From: a virus
DNA length: 64,000 nt
Reading direction: 5' to 3' (one strand)
Virus record (IMG/VR): IMGVR_UViG_3300031994_000034
Every line of letters begins with the position of its first letter. Position 1 is the stretch's first letter. The notes under the pieces were generated by a model. It saw only the letters and a program-made list of their open reading frames with translations, was not told the DNA's origin and ran no database searches. A program made the position numbers and the translations under genes. Of this stretch, positions 60,701 to 64,000 are shown in pieces.

Positions 60701-63700
60701 ATGAACTTGGCATCCTCCGAGAGAACCGCCTGCACTTCAGCACCATTTGCCAACGCACGTACACGCTCCAGCATCTCCTTGCGGCGCGAGACGAGGGCAT
60801 CGGCATCCCAATCCTGATAGGGCGAGGTGACGCGGTTGTAGGAGCCGTAGGGGTTTGTAGTGGGTGTGGGAGTGGGTTCGGGGTTTTCGTCTGTGCCCGT
60901 AGGTGTGTTAATCTTCAACTCTTTTACTCTTCCTTGCAGACGTTCTATTCCCTTATCAACAAGAGCAATATCTGCTTCAAGACTTTTAATGGCAGAATCC
61001 TCCTTCTTTACGTCTGCCTTTGCCTTTTGCAGGTTTTGGCTTTCACGTGACATGCCTGTAGCCATCGCCCGCATACCCGACGTGCCAAGCTGCTGATTGG
61101 CTTGTGCGCCTACAAGACTTGTCCTTAGACTTTCCTTCGATACTCTTCCCTGTGCCTCCTTGCGTCGTTCCTCTGCTTCTTCCTTTTCAAGTTCCAACTC
61201 CATCCTTTTCTGCTGCAACTCCTTCGCCTTCTCCTCGTAGGCACGGGCACGGGCAGTTTCCATGATGGATGCAGCCAGCTCGTCATACGCACTGGCGGCG
61301 GCTTTGGCAAAATCGCTTTCGGAAGCAAGGTTCTCGTAGTATTGCTTATACTTCTCGTCGCCCACCATATCCTTCAGGGCCTTTTTCCGCTCGTCCAGCG
61401 ATTTTGTCTGGTCTTGTGTTGCCTTGTATAGTTTCTCAAGTTCGATGCGCTGTTCGATGCTTTCTTTCTTCGCGTTCTTCTCTGCGTCCTCAGCCGCGTT
61501 CAGTGTCTTCGCTGCTTCCGAAACTTTCTTCTTGAATGCTCCCATAGCGTCAGCCGCGAGTAATATAGCACCTGCGGCAGCCGTGAAGATGTTGCCCCAT
61601 TGCAATGCCGTCATTTCCCCCTTTACAAATCCCAACAGCACTCCAATGTTTTTCAGCCCGTTCCCCAACGATACCAAAGCGCCTTTTGCAATGCTTAGCA
61701 CTTCTACTCTAACCAAGGTCAAATAAGCGATAATGGAACGCAGGGCAACGCTGATGCCGCTGTTGCCCGTCAAAAGGTCAACCACTTCCCGTAGTCTGTC
61801 GATAATCCAACCAAGCCGTCTTTGCGCACTATCCCCCACAAACGCTTCCTCAAATTGGTTCTTCAACCTCTCCCACTTCGCAGCGGCGGTTTCGTTCATG
61901 TTCGCAAACTCGTTAGCCAGAGCCGTGTTTTTCTCGTAGGCTTCGCTGGCGATGCCGAGTTGCTTCTCCAGTTCGTCCACGTTCTGCGAGAGCAGACCGA
62001 AGACGATACCGGCGCGGGCACCCTGCTGTTCGAGGTCTTTCATCACCTCGCGCATGGTGGCGTTCCGTCCCAGCATACCCTCGATGGTCTGCGCCATCTG
62101 CTCCTGTCCCTGCTCGGTGCTGGTGTCGATGTGCTGGATGTTGTCGCGCATCTTCTGGAAGATGAGCACCATTTGCTCCATCGGTGCCAGGCTCTTCAGG
62201 TACGATTCCGTCACATTGATACTGTTGGCGATGGCAAAGGAGTTGTTCTTAATGGCAGGAATCATACGCGAGAGAGCCGTAGCCGACATCTCGACGCGAC
62301 CGCCCAGCGCGTCAATGGTAGAACCGAGGGCGGCAATCTGGTCGATTGAGATACCAGCCTGAGCACCCACGGCACCCACACGGCTCACGAAGTCGGTAAT
62401 TGGTCCGGCGGCAGAAGCCGAGTTGGCACGCAGAGCGATGATGGTAGAGCCCACCTTCTCCAGCGTCTCGCGCACGTTGCCACCATTCTTCTCCAAGTCG
62501 CCCGTGGCATTGGCTATCTTGATGATGGTGCGCGCACTCTCGTTACCCAGTTCCGGCAGGGCGACAATCAGCTGGTCGGCAGCCTCAGTGAAGCCCTGCA
62601 CCTGCTCCTGCGTCTTCAAACCGACAGAACCTGCTAACGAACTCAGCTCCATGAGTTGCGTCAGCGAAGTTCTGGTGTCCAACTTCGCCAGGTTATTGCT
62701 CAGCCGTCCCACCTCGTCGGCGGTGAAGCCCGTGGTTTTACGCACCTCACCCATCTTGTCCGAAAGCGTCAGCAAGTCACCCATCGCCTGAGAAAGTTTC
62801 TGCATCGCTACGGCAGCACCCACGTACAGCCCGACGTAAGTCTTCAGTCGCGACCACGCCTTGTCGAAGGCCGAAGCAGTGCCTTTGCTGGAGTTGCCGA
62901 GTTGCTTCATCTCGAAGTCGGCAGCCTTTATCTTCGCCGCCAGTTCCTCGAAGCGTTTCTGCCCCTCCTCGGTGCTGCGGTCCATCGCGTTCAGTGCCAA
63001 ACGTCCCTGCTCCACCGCCTGTTTCAGCGCATTGAACGACTTACCCTTGGGTTGGTCGAGCACGGCCTGGACTTCTTTCGTGAGTTCGCCAGTCTTGGAA
63101 AGTTCGAGGTCAATCTTGTTAATGGCGTCCTGCAGTTCGGTGAAACGAGCTGTGCCGCGTCCTGCTGCGTTCTGTGCATCTTCAAGCGCTTTCTTGGCGA
63201 GTTTCAGTTTGTCGGTGCTGGCAGAGAATCCTTGCGTCCCGAGTTGTCCGGCAAGAGCTTCGGCATCGGCAAACGCCATCACTTCCCCTGCTGCCACCTT
63301 CGCTGCCGCTCCTGTCTTCTCGATGTAATTGTTTATCTCTGCAATAACGGAGGCTTCGGTCTGACGTGGTAAGGAGTCGCGATAGGCGATGAGCGCTTTT
63401 TGCTGCTCCTGAATCTGTGACGCACTGGCATTGCTGGTGTCGCCACGGAAGAAGTTGAGGGCATCCTGTCCTTTTGTGCGGACACCGACCGCCGCCATTT
63501 GCTCTTGCAAATCCTTTACCTGTTGTAGGTTGTTCTTATATTGCTGTATGCTTTGGGCTGCTGTCTTCGGGTCGTCAATAAGTCGCTGCCAATAACTCTC
63601 CTGTGCTTTAAGTGCCGATTGCGACAAGGCTGTTCCTTGCTGCAACTGTGTCTGCATGAGCTGATTTTGCTTGGTTCTTTCCTGCGCGGCTTTCTGTTCG

Positions 63701-64000
63701 GCATTGATTTCTTTCTGCGCCGTCCGTTCTGCCTCCAGACCAAATTTGCGAAGATGTTCCTCTGCCTTGACAATTTGCTGCGATAGAGTTCGATACATGC
63801 TTTCCGTCGGAGCGAAAGTCTGCTGATACTCCCGTGCCGCTGCAATCGCCTTGCGCAGGTCTGCCTCTGATAGCGTAACATATCGGTTGCCGATGAGTTT
63901 GTCAGCCCACTCTACATTCTGAGTCCTTGTCAGCTGCTCTTGCAACTGATGAACGGTAGCGAGGTTGTCTTTGTATGTCTGCAAGTTGGCGGCTGCTGTC
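57799..64000 (-). CDS. tape-measure-like giant protein (more than 2060 aa, N-terminus beyond the window)
   Basis: The frame is open to position 64000. It is largely coiled coil, with a central segment (…GLYVGAAVAMQKL…LAGSVGLKT…) that resembles tape-measure core regions and hydrophobic segments near the C-terminus. An in-frame 9-bp array at 57995-58021 encodes EFSDYSEYSE. Confidence 0.7.
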   Translation of the reverse strand, partial: TAAANLQTYKDNLATVHQLQEQLTRTQNVEWADKLIGNRYVTLSEADLRKAIAAAREYQQTFAPTESMYRTLSQQIVKAEEHLRKFGLEAERTAQKEINAEQKAAQERTKQNQLMQTQLQQGTALSQSALKAQESYWQRLIDDPKTAAQSIQQYKNNLQQVKDLQEQMAAVGVRTKGQDALNFFRGDTSNASASQIQEQQKALIAYRDSLPRQTEASVIAEINNYIEKTGAAAKVAAGEVMAFADAEALAGQLGTQGFSASTDKLKLAKKALEDAQNAAGRGTARFTELQDAINKIDLELSKTGELTKEVQAVLDQPKGKSFNALKQAVEQGRLALNAMDRSTEEGQKRFEELAAKIKAADFEMKQLGNSSKGTASAFDKAWSRLKTYVGLYVGAAVAMQKLSQAMGDLLTLSDKMGEVRKTTGFTADEVGRLSNNLAKLDTRTSLTQLMELSSLAGSVGLKTQEQVQGFTEAADQLIVALPELGNESARTIIKIANATGDLEKNGGNVRETLEKVGSTIIALRANSASAAGPITDFVSRVGAVGAQAGISIDQIAALGSTIDALGGRVEMSATALSRMIPAIKNNSFAIANSINVTESYLKSLAPMEQMVLIFQKMRDNIQHIDTSTEQGQEQMAQTIEGMLGRNATMREVMKDLEQQGARAGIVFGLLSQNVDELEKQLGIASEAYEKNTALANEFANMNETAAAKWERLKNQFEEAFVGDSAQRRLGWIIDRLREVVDLLTGNSGISVALRSIIAYLTLVRVEVLSIAKGALVSLGNGLKNIGVLLGFVKGEMTALQWGNIFTAAAGAILLAADAMGAFKKKVSEAAKTLNAAEDAEKNAKKESIEQRIELEKLYKATQDQTKSLDERKKALKDMVGDEKYKQYYENLASESDFAKAAASAYDELAASIMETARARAYEEKAKELQQKRMELELEKEEAEERRKEAQGRVSKESLRTSLVGAQANQQLGTSGMRAMATGMSRESQNLQKAKADVKKEDSAIKSLEADIALVDKGIERLQGRVKELKINTPTGTDENPEPTPTPTTNPYGSYNRVTSPYQDWDADALVSRRKEMLERVRALANGAEVQAVLSEDAKFITEATRKNIKDTKQAIEWYNTERLKIQDALHEKHLTNTGDWMDPTKQKARAKVIKDEWSAYLNELDAYYTERKTRIQEAATEEGITEAEMKNRTLANEMEWHQRRAELQKLYAKKSTEVTEEEQQAIFDILSERTGDTADFIQKTIGKTVKFIYDIGQKSEAEQRTIFGKLDKGIERDLLKQQQAVTAQMKAIRDIIEKERPYDGITSNLRENLVTMGILTADMTAERNRLMRENADMSDFNSRQATEEMKRTAFMLGEAENAYSTTIEEVMRHMGEQGMQAWADAIRGDTQMQQALMAQLRTAYDEIQNAIKKEASLIKKQTDIWWADIAEGQTQSRRDGFEKALSRLGLAEDQVKRANSLIGAGQASERVADKLAIKQMQVRLAMQTTYYNRMRQIGEERIAQLKAEGRLEDAEHLRRSLNLAKTEELKKLEEQRVAIANQMEESQNRLYTALREWGDLVASSLQGVFEASNTGQADFYTEQAKKRLTGASTSGQYIVVENAGTKDAEASYQTLSDQEVLDIEQRNAMADAWKKLMDDLNMKMSETITDQLNAMLQNVSIDANTDALDTNTKAILRLAATMAGGGAGDDSAAGAGFGVDGISPLQPTSDTPAAETIISPWQAYAEGSTAAKETILQNQQDIAQGQVQTDTKIQKSTQSAFAKMTVAANLYGIAYQAMSNENMSASQKFGMIAVQAAGNAAITALTTNLSQTTGQVAAETPSVLSKLWSQLGWGAIPVFAIFTGLLGGLMGLAASKIAKSKSEIAQATGVSSVASGRLTTGMLTYAEGNVNEFTDPSTLREGRQYNVDAADGKTYRARYMGRSPKTHLTNGPEFHLSGERGREMIIDAGTTRQITMNEGEIWHAIQTLSGGGRISALRRRGRGVAAFADGNLSEFSDYSEYSESAAAGMSAEQAASLQASIDRQSDLLEDLRINGIKATFDVYGKGGLVDSYDSGKKTLNRYGQRY

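Noticed and set aside
1-64000. Integrase/attP, terminase, portal, lysin, CRISPR-Cas, or known defence and anti-defence systems such as retrons or toxin-antitoxin pairs.
   Set aside because: I found no ORF with recognisable motifs for these in the window. Absence from manual motif reading is weak evidence, and profile searches are needed.

Overview
The window reads as one contiguous piece of a large tailed dsDNA phage or prophage interior. The host is probably Bacteroidota. That is an inference from the lack of Shine-Dalgarno tracts before start codons, a Bacteroidota-type IF-1 homolog, a DUF4494-like protein and an HTH protein with the NPxWL motif.

Layout:
- 1 to 35.0 kb: one co-directional + strand block of about 75 short early, replication and DNA-modification genes. 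It includes a primase/helicase fusion, four methyltransferase-like genes, and BRCT, IF-1, DUF4406 and TrpF-like proteins. The only opposite-strand gene is an HTH repressor-like gene at 12.3-12.9 kb.
- About 35.0 kb: a bidirectional terminator.
- 35.06 to 40.35 kb: - strand structural genes.
- 40.48 to 51.56 kb: + strand late genes.
- 51.6 to 64.0 kb: - strand morphogenesis genes. These are the capsid, an S49 protease/scaffold fusion, and a tape-measure-like ORF of more than 2060 aa that is still open at the window edge.
- I found no terminase, portal, integrase or CRISPR array.

The clearest system is a complete diversity-generating retroelement (DGR) in the late block. Its VR lies at the 3' end of a 977-aa fibre-like gene. 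An adenine-rich TR and a reverse transcriptase follow, with no Avd-like ORF.

Other features not explained by ordinary gene calls:
- Four families of short tandem repeats with 7-bp and 9-bp periods. One 9-bp family is inserted in-frame in several genes in different reading frames.
- Three paralogous 19-codon hydrophobic micro-ORFs that diverge mainly by synonymous changes.
- Two copies of an 80-nt element that keep their structure through compensatory substitutions.
- A conserved late promoter-like motif.
- A conserved intercistronic leader.
- A 110-bp duplication of the infA 3' end flanking an inserted gene.
- A tRNA-like element abutting the primase gene.

All functional calls come from motifs I could read in the translations. 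No database search was run.
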